From Sphagnum compactum (taxonomy: Eukaryota): DNA of 64,000 nucleotides. Every line of letters begins with the position of its first letter. Positions within the stretch are counted from its first letter, which is position 1. The notes under the pieces are model-generated. The model worked only from the letters and a program-made list of their open reading frames with translations, was not told where the DNA came from and ran no database searches. The translations under genes and the position numbers were made by a program. Below are positions 1 through 13,408 of this stretch, piece by piece. The DNA lies in the NCBI GenBank assembly GCA_965153455.1, contig OZ234494.1, forward strand, positions 7,502,001 to 7,566,000. The letters are read 5' to 3'.

Positions 1-435
1 CCCTCTTTGTTTCATCCTTTTCTGGCTGACTGCTCTATGTGTCAGCCCCTCTTTTGTGTTATGTATAGGAGAAGGGTAGGGCCAGAGGCTCTTCCTTGTT
101 TTGAGGTGCCTAGGCACAAGGGTAGAAACCTGACTGACAGGCACTGAAAACAAGGATGGGCCAAGGGTCCTACCCTTCTACATCATAAAAAGGTGCCCTA
201 ATTTTCAGAGGGTGTGAGCTTCCACCACAGAAGATTTCTTCTATTTCAGAAGATCCTTGCTGAGTTCTTGCACCTGACAATGGTCGTCTAAATACACTAC
301 AAAAATTAGGGCAGGTTTTTACATGGTGGAGAGAGATGAAATTTGCGGCAGTTGTTGATGATGATGAACCATATGGAGGTTTTGCAGTTTATCAGATTAA
401 TTGGTGGGCATGGGTGATATGTGGTGAACCTGTAG

Positions 436-3400
436 GCATATGTGGGGGCCAAGTGTGTCGGGTTTTCTTTTGACACTCTGCATAGACTGTTCAACGTGCG
501 GCTTGAAATATGGCAAAGCATTTTGATGGGCACCACAGTTCTGTGGATAAATGCAGAAAGCTCCATGTTGACGCGTGTTGTGGACTCCAACCGTGTGCTG
601 AGTCGTGCCCATTTTCTCAATGCCAAGCACACAGCCCAGGACCTTGAAGGTTCTCGAATTATTATTGGAGCTATCAAGTAGGAAATGCTTCCTGTGATGG
701 ATCTAAAATGCTCATTAATCAGCTTGCAATTTTTTTTACAGCTGCAATGCTGCTATATTGGGTAAGTGCAGAATTGCTCTTCATTTTAGTAGGTAACAGT
801 CAAATGGGCAACTTATAATTTGGGAGGGTGTAATGGTTTTCAGCAATGTGAATTCTGTGGAAGCTGAGGAAGGGACTTTGAGAGGCGACAAGGGAGTAAG
901 AGAGGAGCAAGAGGTGGACCAGACTAGTTACTTGATGCGGGCAGTGTCTCTAGCTCGGAATGAATGCCTTCTGCTGTCCTGTGCTTTTTTCTGCCTTATG
1001 GTGTCATCTGTTTCCAGCTTGATCCTGCCAAATTATCAGGTTTTTCTCACTCTCACTTGACTGCTCTTATTTTCATTTGTGTTAGAAGAAATTTATGTCC
1101 AATGTATGTACCCATGTGAGAGTTCTCTTGTAATTTGCTGGTGCCAAAAGAGGAAACTCAAGCTATTGTTAGTGCTCACAGCATTGTGTTTAATTTCTTT
1201 CACAGGGTCGAATATTGGATCACGTGATTCAAGGAGCAGTAGCTCTGTTCAGGAGGGATGTGATATTGTTGATAGTCTTTAGCTTGGTGACCGGCCTTTT
1301 TGAGGCAGTTCGAAATCTATCCTTCACAGTGGTGAGCAAGCGTGTGTTAAAGACTCTGCAGGACAAGCTTTTCACAGGCATTGTGATACAAGACATTGCT
1401 TATTTTGATGGCACTACATCTGGAGAGGTCAGCAGTCAAGCTTTCAGTTTTTGAGTTTATTACATGAGATGGATAACCTTATCAAGCCCTGGTGTTGAAA
1501 CAATTGAAGGAGGTGTCATTTCCACTTTGGGGATTCTTTTTGTTTTACTCATGTTATTTTGGTGGCAGAGACATAAAAGGACTTGCTCATGAGGTGTAGG
1601 TTCCGTTGACATGAGAGTAAGAGTATACTTTGGTGAAACCTGATTATATTTATTTTGTGCACTATGAACAGCTGACCTCAAGGCTCACCAACGATGTGTC
1701 CTCAATGGCTGAGCCTGTGAACTGGATGCTTTCAGCACTTTTGCGAAATTTGCTCGCACTTGGCGGTGGATTTGCAATGTGCTTCATCATAAGCTGGAAG
1801 CTTAGCATGCTTGCTTTCACTACCATGGCTCCCATTATGCATATAACGGCTGTGTACTCTCGGTGGTCTAGGGAGCTTAATCGCAAGCGATATGCTTTGC
1901 TGGCAGAAGCAAACTCCTCTGCTGCAGAAGCTCTAGGAAACATAAGAACAGTGCGTGCCTTTTCCACTGAGGATGTGGAGATCGATCGATTCAAGTCAAA
2001 AACTCTTGCTGCCATGCGGAAAGGTGTAGGGGATTCTTTTGCATATGCGGGTGCTGTTGCCATCAACGACTGGTTGGATCTTGGTGCTTCTGTGCTGATT
2101 TTATGGTATTTCCCTTCCTTATGTTTGCCAATGCCTTTCAACCTTTTTTTATTCAACATCATGAAGGACAGGATACAGCATGCTCATGACAGCCAGGGGT
2201 GGTTTTGTTAGCACCTGAATAACAGACTGACATGATAGAAACGTTGCAATGTTAGTGTATTATTGCTCATGAGTGTGGTGGTTTTAAAGGTACGGAGGAG
2301 TGTTGGTGATGGACAATCGGCTGTCAATAGGGAGGCTCATCACATTTCAGCTATATTGGAACCAAATCCAGGGTGCTTATAAAGGTATCATGTCTGTGCT
2401 GATGTCACTCACACGCGCTGCAGGAGCAGCACAGCGGGTCCTCTCATTGGTGGATGCGCTCCCAGATATTGACCCAAACGCAGGCACCATGGTTTGCTCC
2501 CTTTCATACCTACTTTCTTTACAAGGTGGTGCCTGCAATATTTTTCTGTGGTAACTGATGTGATCATGTGGATTGATAATGAAAAACTTGTTCTCTGGCT
2601 TTTGTTGTGACAGGTTTCACATCTTGACGGGGCTATAAAACTAGAAGCTGTTCATTTTGCCTACCAAATGAGGCCTGAACACCCTGTCATTTCAGGGGTG
2701 AACTTGGATGTGGGAAGGGGTGATGTCTGTGCACTAGTTGGGCGCAGTGGTGGAGGCAAGTCTACCATTGTGCACTTGCTGATGCGTTTCTATGACCCTA
2801 CACAGGGACGAATTCTCCTAGATGGGTGGGACCTAAGAGACCTCAATCTGAAATCAGTCCACAAGCAGATGGGGTTGGTAGCCCAGGACACACAAATGTT
2901 TGCAGGCTCAATTGAGGAGAACATAACATATGGATTGCCTTCTGTTGATCGTGATGCTATGGAGAGGGCAGCAAAGTGGGTAATCAATCCATTGTTGTTT
3001 TGAAATTATTTATGTTCAATAATATTCAAGAACTTTTCTGATTGCAATGTGCAGAGATAATGCTGTCATGGTGGTGGTCAGAAAGATATTATATCAAATG
3101 TTGATGTGATTATTTGGATGGATTTTGACATTTGTCTAGGTCTGCAAATGCCCATGACTTCATATTGAGATTTCCAGAGGGTTATGCAACACGTGTTGGT
3201 GAACGTGGGGTGCGTCTCTCTGGTGGTCAGCGACAGGTTTCATCTCTACTCAAGGCTCTCATCTAGCTGACAATGTGTATTTGTTTATCACATCTGACAT
3301 TGTGGGATCATTAATCTTTTGAACTTTGAATCTCTCTCTCTCTCTCTCTGTGTTGTTAAGTTCTGGAATGTCTCTTTCTCACTCACTATAATGCACATGT

Positions 3401-4019
3401 TTTTGCTGGTCAAGAAAGGGTTAGCAACAAGGAAGGACATATTTTCTTTGTATCTGTAGTTCATGCTAACCATTATGTCTCTGATCCATGTTCTTTGACA
3501 GCGTGTTGCAATTGCACGAATGCTGCTTCGACAGCCAAAGATACTTCTGTTGGATGAGGCAACAAGCTCCTTGGATACTGAGAGTGAGGCATCAGTGCAA
3601 CAAGCATTGGATAGGCTCATTGGAGAGGGTGGGCGTACAATTGTTTTGGTAGCTCATCGGCTCTCCACTGTGCGCAATGCTAATAATATTGCAGTCCTGG
3701 ATAAAGGTGCTCTTGTTGAACAGGGTACTCATGAACAACTTTTAGAGATAAGTAAGTAACTGACTCTGATTGGGCAGTATCCGAATTGGGTATGCATGGA
3801 TCTGCTTTGTTCTTTTGTGTTATTTCAGTATTTTGTATTTGAGATCATTATGGGAATATTGATCTCATATTTTGTTACTTTGCAGAGGATGGAGTGTATG
3901 AGAAGCTTGTGCGAAGACAGTTGAACAAAGTGAGTAATCGCATTTTGGATGATCCAGAGACAGACGATACAAGTGATGATATCAACATATTACTGGATGA
4001 CACCTCCTCTCACACTTGA
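436..4019 (+). CDS. ABC transporter B-family half transporter (TAP/ABCB9-like; TMD + one NBD), 5'-partial, multi-exon
   Basis: Phase-consistent GT-AG exons read by hand: 436-677 (least certain), 844-1039, 1206-1427, 1672-2105, 2290-2491, 2614-2975, 3140-3236, 3502-3751, 3886-4019 (TGA). Motifs: [28 protein letters not shown], Walker [11 protein letters not shown]-loop LVAQD, signature LSGGQRQR, Walker [14 protein letters not shown]-loop VAHRLSTV. No start codon identified in the window. Confidence 0.93.
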
Positions 4020-5510
4020 TGTTCCCTGCAGCAACCCTGTGCATAATGGGGGTCATATAGCCCTTCCTCTCCAGTTCACCCAAACCTGCTGGTGAGAGAA
4101 CTCTCATTTTTGCATGTAAAAGAGATTGTGATTAGTGTTCCAATTCTTTTCAGGTGAATATAAATCATAAGTATTGAGAAATCCTCAGTACCTTGTGAAG
4201 ATAATTCATAGTAGGAGGGGATCAATGACTTCACATTTCAGCATTGCCCATATGGATTTTTGGGAAGATGCAGTTTCAAAATCCCTTTGTCCTGAGATAT
4301 TTCAACAATGTGATCTGGGCTAAGTTCTGGAAGATTGCAAGGGATGCGTGACCATGAAGGGTATGCAAAGATCTTGTGATTGTGCAAATTTCAGCATATA
4401 TCTCTGTGACATGCTGATACAATATTCAGCACTAAACTCCAATGCCAGTTTACTCTAGTGGAGCATTATTATCTACCTCATTGATTTGGGGGACACGGCC
4501 CCCTTCAAAACAGTAGTGTTCGGTTTTATGGTAATTTGAGGCTCAAAGAAAATTACAATTTCCAGGAGTTTCTCAAACTTTGAGATCTGCAGATAATTTA
4601 TTATGAAATTGATCCTGAGAAAAAAAAAATTCTGACAAACTTCCAGTTGTATTTTTTAAATTTTAGAACATTGATTTTTTCAACCAATCAAAATGCCTTG
4701 TCATCATATTCCCCTTTCCTTTTCCCTTTTTCATCCCAAACCTTAACACTTGGGGCCAATGACACTTGAGCTCACAATTGGTCCAAAACGATTTTTTTGC
4801 AATTGAATTTTTTGACAAAGTCATGTCTCTTAAAGGCTTAAGAGGTTTTGTACAAGGACAAATCCATTAGAGGCTTGACAATAATCTTACTTGGGCAGAC
4901 AGCACAAGGCTCCTCCATTTAACATGAAAAGTGAGAATCTATTTAAGTGTCACCACCTTTGCCAATTATTATCATCGACAAATCAAAGGCAATCATATTC
5001 TTTTACAAGTTCTTTTGGAGGTCATGGTATCTTGATCATATTTTTAAAATATGCTCAATTTCATTGTATTAAAAGTAAAGGCCATTTATTGCTACAAGTG
5101 GAGAAATGCTTTTTTTGGCCAATTTTGCAATGTAGTCAAAGTGGCAAAGATCCACAAGAAAATTTTGCCAAATTTGGCTACAAGCTAAATATGAAAGCAA
5201 AAATTTTGAACATACTTTTATATTTTTAGCTATCTACTTGAACCATGTATAGAGATTTGGCGATTTTTCTTAAATTTTGGTGTAATTATGAATATTGAAA
5301 ATATTTGAAAGCACTTGATTCTAGCGCTTTTAATTTTAATATAACTTTTTGACTATATATAGCAAGCACGAAAAAGGCTGGAGATGCTTTAAAGCACTAA
5401 AAGCACAATCTTTCAAATTGAAAATGGGATGTGTGCATAAAAAAAGATTATACTTCATCCAAAATAGTGTGATATGCAAGTTACTATTATTGCTAATAGA
5501 AATGCTCTTA

Positions 5511-5736
5511 GAGCATCTCAACCCACACCCCCTGTTTGGGCCTGTGGTACACTTCTTGGGACAATCATTATGATTGGGCAATCAAAAATAGTAATTTCCT
5601 TTTACTGGCCCTTTTGAAGGGCATTGTATCATTGACCTATGTATAGGCCCAGAAGGAATTCCACACTATTTGACTTATATACTTCTTCCAAAAAAATAGT
5701 GTTCATGCCATTTTAGTACTCCAGATGGACATGCTC
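5511..5736. mobile_element. Tourist/PIF-Harbinger-type MITE
   Basis: Termini GAGCATCTC...GACATGCTC, flanked on both sides by TTA (5508-5510 and 5737-5739). Confidence 0.65.
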
Positions 5737-5739
5737 TTA

Positions 5740-6079
5740 GAGTATGCACAATGAGAGCCCCCATTTGAGCTTCTATTAGTATTTAGCACTTTCAATGTGA
5801 ATTATTAATTCCTCCCCCATCCCATCCCATCCATTAAACCTGAAAAAAAGTGGATTGAATAAAGTGATAGCCCATTTAAACTTACCACTTGGACCAATCA
5901 TTATAGTTGACCAATCAAAAACAATAGCTTCTTCTTAGTGGTGTCATTACAAGGCATTGCTAACATGGGGTATATTTACCAGCCCATAAGTGTTTCACAC
6001 TATTTAATTGTAGTACTTTCATCTAAGTAAAACATACTTGGAGAGGCCATTTTTTCCTCTTTAGACGCCAGGCATGCTC
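5740..6079. mobile_element. Tourist/PIF-Harbinger-type MITE abutting the previous one
   Basis: Termini GAGTATGC...GCATGCTC flanked by TTA/TTA; shares internal motifs (caatcatta, caatcaaaaa) with 5511-5736. Confidence 0.6.
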
Positions 6080-8149
6080 TTAGCACACTAAAAGCAATGT
6101 CTTCAAATTGCCCATTTTACAGCATAGAATGCCTTCAAAAGAACACCCAGAATTACTGGGGTGCATGGATGTTAATATGCTCACAGGAGAACCTGCAAAT
6201 ATCAAACAAAACAACTCAATACCATAGCCTAGGGTCAGTTTCCACATTGACAAAAACAAATAATTATTTTTTTCAAAAAATAATTCGCTTTTTAAAATTT
6301 AAAATCATTGAATTTTGCATGATCTACTATGATATTGTCACATGAGTAAGGGAAATTATTCAGAGTGTAGTCGATGATAATAATGATGATTTTCAACATG
6401 TCAATTTCATATTTTCACAAAAATTCATTTTGCTATTCTGAGGATTATTTAATGACGAAACTGCCCTTAGGGTAAGGTAGTAGTACTTGATCAGGCACTG
6501 AAACTTTGCCAAGCACAGTCATGGGGCACATGCCTGCTCTGTTCATGTATGCTTGGAATGTGAACCCTTCCCTAACCAGCCACCCACCCTCCTCAAACTT
6601 GAAGTTTGTGAAGAATTCCAGTATCTTGGAGTTTTGTGAAAATTTTCACTTCAATCTGACAATGGAAGCTCCATGCTCCAGAAGTTGTGTAGCATTGTTG
6701 GACTCTCTGGTTTGTGCAATAATCTGAGTTCTGTTTGACCAAGTTCCCAGATGTACATTGGATTTAATTTTTTTAATTGAAAGATTGGACTGCCAAGCAG
6801 TGTTGTTTGGCCCTTTTTTTAATGTAGCTGAAGTCGGGATCATCCAATAGACAGTTTAGCCAATTTTGGCTATAAACAGAATATGAAAGTAAGAAAGTTT
6901 AAAAGCATCCTTCACATTTTATGCTACATGCTAGAATCAATAGAGGAATCTCACAAATTTTCCAACAAAGAATTTTCATAATTTGGCAACTGGAAAACCC
7001 AAATAACACATTTTTTAGCCAGTTTGAAAAAAATTCACCTATTGGCTAAATTTAGCCAGAGGAAAAAAGAAACCTCTACTACCAAGGTAGTAATCTCTTC
7101 AGCTTTTTTTAGTCCTTTTGAGTGTGAATCTGTGTTGGGTAGGTATGAGATTTAAGGCCAAACTCCTCACAAGCATCATTTGGGATATATTCTAGGGACA
7201 ATGTTTCATTGAAGTTGATTTAGATAAGACAACTTTAGTTTTCAAAAGTCATCAGTCATCACTTGGATAGGTTCAAACTAAAATTTGTTTGAAGTCATTC
7301 CCAAGTAAAGAGGCATGAAAAAGTATGGCCCAAACTCACCACATTACAATGAAAAACAAATTGAAATCATCATATTTAAAGAATAGGTTGAGCATGTCAC
7401 CAAAATATAGCATGATTCCTAAACTTGTAGACTTTCCTGTTTGACTTGCCTCTTTGACTTGTACCCTCATTTTATTAAGCCCTCAAATTCGGAAAAGAAA
7501 ATTAGTAAATAAAATTAACTTGAAAATTGTATTTAGTCCAACTTTTTTGGTATCCTCTTTATTTTGTCACCTCCTTTTTGCTATAAACCTTAAACCCATC
7601 AAAACAACTAGAGATTATGTGGGGGGCATGAAAGGTAAGAAGGCAATTGTTGCTAGAGTTGATATTGATGCTAAGACAAAAGCTGTGAAGATTGAAGTTC
7701 CAAAGGAATCGAGCTTCGTGCTTTTTACTGCACCCATCAAACCGATGGTGTCATATGTTGATATGAAGGCCTCCTTAGAGTGCCTACACAAATGGTTGTC
7801 AAAGACTTTGAATATATAGGTATTGATAACTAGAGTTATAATTTAACCCTTGAATTTGTATTGGAGTATTTGCCCTTGGTTACATTGCATTGACATTATT
7901 CATGATGTATAGGAGGCCAAGAAATGTTTAAGTTTGTTGTTCCCCGATTGTGGCCACCAGCTCGATGAAACCAATGGGGGTTTCTGAGCCGATTCCAAAA
8001 GTTTTGCAACCATAACTGAAGCCACACTTGAACAAGGTAAATGAGTGGTATTAAGACCACAGCAATAGGATGCTCTAATGCTATTGTAGCTATGTTTTGA
8101 AAGAGGTAGTAAAAGCTGTTATGAAAGCTAGTATTAATGCCTAATAATT

Positions 8150-8825
8150 GTTGTTTCTAATTGTTGTCTAGAAAATGCAGGCCAAGATTTGCAATGCATA
8201 GCAACACACCTTACTAAACACATAACATTTTGACATTAACATAGGACTAATGATATAAATGTTTCACAAACTGTGAAGTGGACAATTCATAGAAAGTAGA
8301 CTTTAATCTTTGAACTTCTTGAATGGTGGCAGGTACAAAAGAAAGTCATAGTGCCTATAAAGGAGATTGTCCAACCCACAATTCTCAAGGAACTTGATCT
8401 CAAGTCCATGACCAACAACTTGATGAAACAAGTAGCCGAAGTTATTGAATTATCTCGAAATTTTTTGCAACCATCCCCAAAGATGGTAAACCAGTCGTGG
8501 TAGTTGTACCATGACAAGAGAATGCTGGAGTTTTTGTACCTACGTTTTTTGAGGGTTTCATAATTAACTTATGAAATGCTGGTATAAATGCCTTGTGCTA
8601 TTGGAAATGTAGGCTAGGTTTTGCATTGTATAATGACACACTTACTCTAAATGTAAAATTTGATACTGACATACAAATAGTCAATGTTCACAGATTGTTA
8701 AATCTATAATTAGTAGATAGCAAATTTCAATCTTAGAACTTCTTGAATGGTTGTAGGTATTAAAAAAAGTCATAACGCTTATAAAAGAGACCATCCAACC
8801 CACAGTTCCCAAGTCCCAAACTTGA
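8150..8825. repeat. Degenerate direct duplication (about 270 bp, copies at about 8150-8420 and 8580-8825) in decayed TE-like DNA
   Basis: Both copies contain gaacttcttgaatggt..aggta..aa.aaagtcata..cttataaa.gaga..tccaacccaca.ttc; the minus-strand ORFs share TVGW.ISFI..MTFF.T..HSRSSKI. Confidence 0.6.
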
Positions 8826-11800
8826 TAATTAAAAATGGGAAAATGCGAGCACCTACTCACATTGTTTCGACCATCTGTGATGATAGAGGTACCTCTTTCT
8901 ACAACTGCATAATAGGACCATAATAATATGATTATAAACAAAATTGTAATTGGATCACAACAACAGCATGGTATATTTGTACCATACGAATTTGATAGCA
9001 GGGAAATCAAAAGTTATTGAACTCCAATTGCAATTGGTAAGTTTGGAACCATGTGCAATGACAACCCTAAAACCCTAGTCATCATCGTAAGTAAGGGAAA
9101 CATTTTACTTATAAAACATTTCTTTAGATTCCAAATTTTGCTTCAAACCAACCCCTTGGAACTCTGGTTAAATGGACATTATACACAATGCTGCTATTTC
9201 AAGATACAAAGGTCAACAAATCCTCCATTTGAAATTTGGCTCCCCTTTAGCCTTCTGTGGTTTAAGAGCAAGGAGATGGCACCCATTTAACCTATAAAAA
9301 TCCTTTTTCGGCTGTCTTTGGCCATGAAACCTGAATGTTCTTTTACTTAGCATCTCCTTGATTTGCTAATGATATATGTATCATAGGTTTCACCACCTGA
9401 TTCTTTTGTTATTTTCTTTGAATCCAGAAATCATGTTTTACTTTAAAGTGTGGAACTTGGGATAGATTGTCATGTTTATATGTCAGCATTTATAATCAGC
9501 CCAGTGTGATTAAGAGTTTTAAAGCTGATCACAAACTATTTAGACAAGTGGGCAATCATGAAGCTATCATTAGTAACATAATGTCATGGGTTTATGCGTA
9601 GGGGCTAACAATGGAAATGCACCCAAAGTTGCCAGTGTGTAACTGTTGCAAGTCCAAACGTTCTTATGAAAATAGGGGTTTTCAAAGATTGAACTGAAAT
9701 TCATGATGAAAGACTAATTTGAACATTTTGAAGTTCATTTTTGAATAGTGAATAGTATAAACTCTTTGGAATAGTTTAAGCTAGGGTTCAAGCCAGTGGT
9801 GGCATGGGTTAGTGGCACTTGTGTTTGCATTTTCAAGTCAGAAGTTTAGTTTGGCCATGCTTTGAAACATTCCTGGGCTAATCATTTGTTTCATGATCCC
9901 ACACTGTGCTGTCGAGATTCAAGTTGATACTTCTATACTCATTGGGTTGTGATGGTTGCTACAACATGCTCTTGTTGGTTTGATCCACATTTTAATTTCT
10001 TCTTGGAACATAAAGTTTTTAATTCATATTTATAGGCGCAATAGTTTAAAATTTATCCATCAAACTTGAAGGTACTCATTATCTGCTATTTGAGCTGTGC
10101 TTTTTAGGGTTTAGATGAGGCACATATTAGTTTTGGATTAGCTTAACAATTGTTGACATCATCATCATCAAATTATGGTTGAGGGTTCAAAAAGTCATGT
10201 TCTAGAGGTTCAATGTGACCCTTTTTCATCCTTGATCAAATCAATGGTAGTTGTTTCGATTTTTATTTTTATTTTTTTTTGGGTTGGGTTTGGTTTGGTT
10301 TGGTTTGCTTTTCATTTTATTTTTAAAAAAAAATATTGTGATGTTTCTTGCACAACTCCATGCTCTAGAGAGTATGATCACGCTTTCTATTTGCATGTAA
10401 TTCCTATGCGTACCACCGCAAATGAGCAACCTTACAAACTACATAATTTTCAGTTGCACATTTTGAATTCTTCAAAAAATTGGTAGCCTAATCCAAAGGT
10501 AGGCTAATCTTTCCATTATTTTAGGGTTTTCACGGTACTTTCTGAGTCACTCTTCACTGACCATCACCTTTTTAGCAGATGTAGATCTTCTGACACCTAG
10601 TTGAGAATGTCAAATTTGTAGTAGTAGTTGCCGGCAATGCTTAGATGGTTCTGGCATATGAGGCATAATTCCTTGTGGCTGGTTGATTCTGTATGCAGCA
10701 AGCTAGTTTGGGATTTTGTTGCACATATGGTAACATCTATTCCACTACCAAGTTTTGGAAAAAGCCAAATATTGTTCATTGTGGAGAATCTCCTCTTGAC
10801 AGTAGAAGCTCCACTAGAGGGGGGCGTACCTTATGCGAATGTATGTTGACTTAAAATCACCAGGGATGTTTGAGATGTGGAATGACTCCAAAATATATAG
10901 AGCTGCTAACTTTTTCTTAATTGGCTGCAGATGTCATTTGAACTGCTTGTTTGCAGCCTAGATGTCGACAATGTGCTTCATTTATTCACTGCTACTTTTC
11001 TTGAATAACGTGTGCTTCTGTGTGCCAACAAGTAAGTGTTCCTTGCCTTTTCTTTCTTTCTATGCTTGTGTGCAGTAGAACATGTGGCCCAAGTAAGAAC
11101 AAAACAACTTCAAATCCAATTGTGAACCCTAAGCAAGCAAAGGTCATGATTAGGAATGGTATCAAAAAGTTCATTCTAGATTCCAATGCTGCTTGTTCTT
11201 GGAAATGATAGGACATGGGGGGATATGTGGGTAGGTACTTGAGCAGTGCTGGTGATGGTGGTAGAGCCTATCTGCCATCTCATATACCCAATCAAGTGGC
11301 AGGTGAGTGAATGGTGGCTTGATAGGCAAGTTAAACTTTTACAAAGCTTGTTGCGCATGAACAAGGATACTACCTTCAAAGTTTTCTTTTTGCAATCTCA
11401 TGGAGATGTGGTTTGATAGGTAAAGGGTAGTGTTGTCAGGTTATGCAAATTTTGAGGAATTGATGTGGGATGGCAGCATGTGTACATCCTAGTCTTTTAC
11501 AATGCTAGAGTTGGCTTCATTGGTGTACCACTCTGTATCTGATCATGGGTCTACATTCAGCTGTGGATACTTCAGATTTGACGGATGGGGCATGACTTTT
11601 TGCCCTTCTGTTTTCATCACATTTGACTACCATTTCCTTTGGTGGGCTTTTTGCAAGATAAGTTGAGAACATCGCCAAGCAGTGCAGTTGACTGCTCACT
11701 AGAGCTTCTTTGTCGAAGTTCTAGAACATGGTCAAAGTTTGTAAGGAGAACAAGCTACATATATTGTATAGGGTTTAGGGAACCTCGTAGAGCTCTATTA

Positions 11801-11890
11801 TGGAGGACTTTATTATGTCTGTTTCACATAGTTTCACTAGTAGAACATGATCTAGACATGTGATTTTGTGTGTAGAGGTAAAAACATCTA

Positions 11891-11984
11891 ATACTTCATG
11901 TGAAACTACATGCATATTAGGTACAGGGTCAGACTTTATACTTCATGTGAAACTACATGCATATTAGGTACAGGGTCAGACTTT
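11891..11984. repeat. Perfect 47-bp tandem duplication
   Basis: atacttcatgtgaaactacatgcatattaggtacagggtcagacttt occurs at 11891-11937 and 11938-11984. Confidence 0.9.
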
Positions 11985-13408
11985 TGAGGTTTGTTGACAA
12001 TGTTTTTAGGTTGCATGGTGGTGAGCTTTGACAATAACCAAATGTACTTCAAGGCAAAAAATACACCAACATTGCCAGAGCCAGAAGGAAGCCAACTCTG
12101 GGTAGCCCATTTGCAATAGGTGCATCCTAATTTCGTCCAATTGGACTATGGTCTAACCCTAATCCTATTCGTACCTCTGTTGCCCTTAGTAAACCACTTT
12201 TCAATTGATTAACTTACTTAACAGCGTTTACTAAATACTTTCAATTATTGCAAATTTGTGGAAGAAGAAGTAAAAGGGGAGTAGGGGTACCAATGTCATC
12301 TTGGTTTGTGTGCTAATTTGCATATCAGAATCCATATGTGGATCATCTAAATGCTATAGTGAAGGAGGGCTAGGATGTGCTTAGGAGAGGATTGCTTACT
12401 GAGGTTGTTTTGGCCTAGGAAGCGGAGCTCTTAAAGGAAATGCTACGTAGTACCAAATATCCTCAATGTAAAAGTTTCAACTTTTCCTTGATTAATAAAA
12501 AGTTTAACTTATTTCAAAGTGCTCCAAATATCATTCCCATTTGGTTTTGGAATGAGGACAGTGACTTCAAAATGTTTCAATCCATATTCTTGTTTGAATT
12601 TGCAATGGGGAAGATTGATAAACTTCAATTGTATAGAGGTTCCCTCTGACCACTGAGGAAAAATGGAAATTTTTCCCTTAATTGGACCATACCCTCTCAT
12701 GTTTTAATTTGAAATGGTTTTTATGGGAATATGCCTTTTTTTCCCCAACTGAAGCATTCCTTATGCTCCTCGTGGAGGGGCCAAGTCCACAGAACTACTT
12801 GGTATAGGCCTCTTGGTATAGAATACAGAACTATTCCATTAGGCACGATTACTAGACCTTGTTTTTGGACCATGCAATCGCGAAAGCCAATTTGATATTT
12901 TCAAGGCCTCACATTTACCTCTACTAAAAACTAGTAAATTCTGTTATACTTGTTTAGGCAAGTGTTGAAGACAAAGTCGTATCAAACTTTAGGACAGTTT
13001 CCTTCAAAAAGCAAAGTTCTTACAACAGTTACAAAATAGTTGATGTAGGTTGTAGTTCCCCATTTTCAATCCTCCTCATTGGACTGATGTTCCCAAGGAT
13101 TTGAAACAAGATCAATTGGGAGGACTTGAGGAAGCACGGAGCCGGATAGTCTCCTTGGTAGGTACAAATGAAGAGTTCCCCTGTTTTGTTATATTTGGCT
13201 AGCGTTTGCAGCAGTGGATGAGAAGAACCCACTCCTTACACATATAATAAGCACGCTAATAAATCTCAACGATTCCGTTCATCTGCATTAACTAACCTTG
13301 CCATCAACCAGATTTTCTCGTCTGTACAAAAAAGAACATACCAACAAATTACCCAATTTATCATATAACTCGGCTCCATTTGGATTGCAGCCTTTGCCGC
13401 TTGTGCAT

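Noticed and set aside
742-761. Apparent 20-nt microexon (ttacag|...|gtaagt) in the ABC gene
   Set aside because: Including it after exon 436-677 shifts phase and gives an immediate stop in exon 844; skipping it keeps the frame.
1662-2162. 166-aa minus-strand ORF
   Set aside because: Antisense shadow of the ABC transporter exon.
10500-11750. Possible very old hAT transposase remnant (ALPATT..FS on minus strand)
   Set aside because: Too degenerate to support by eye.
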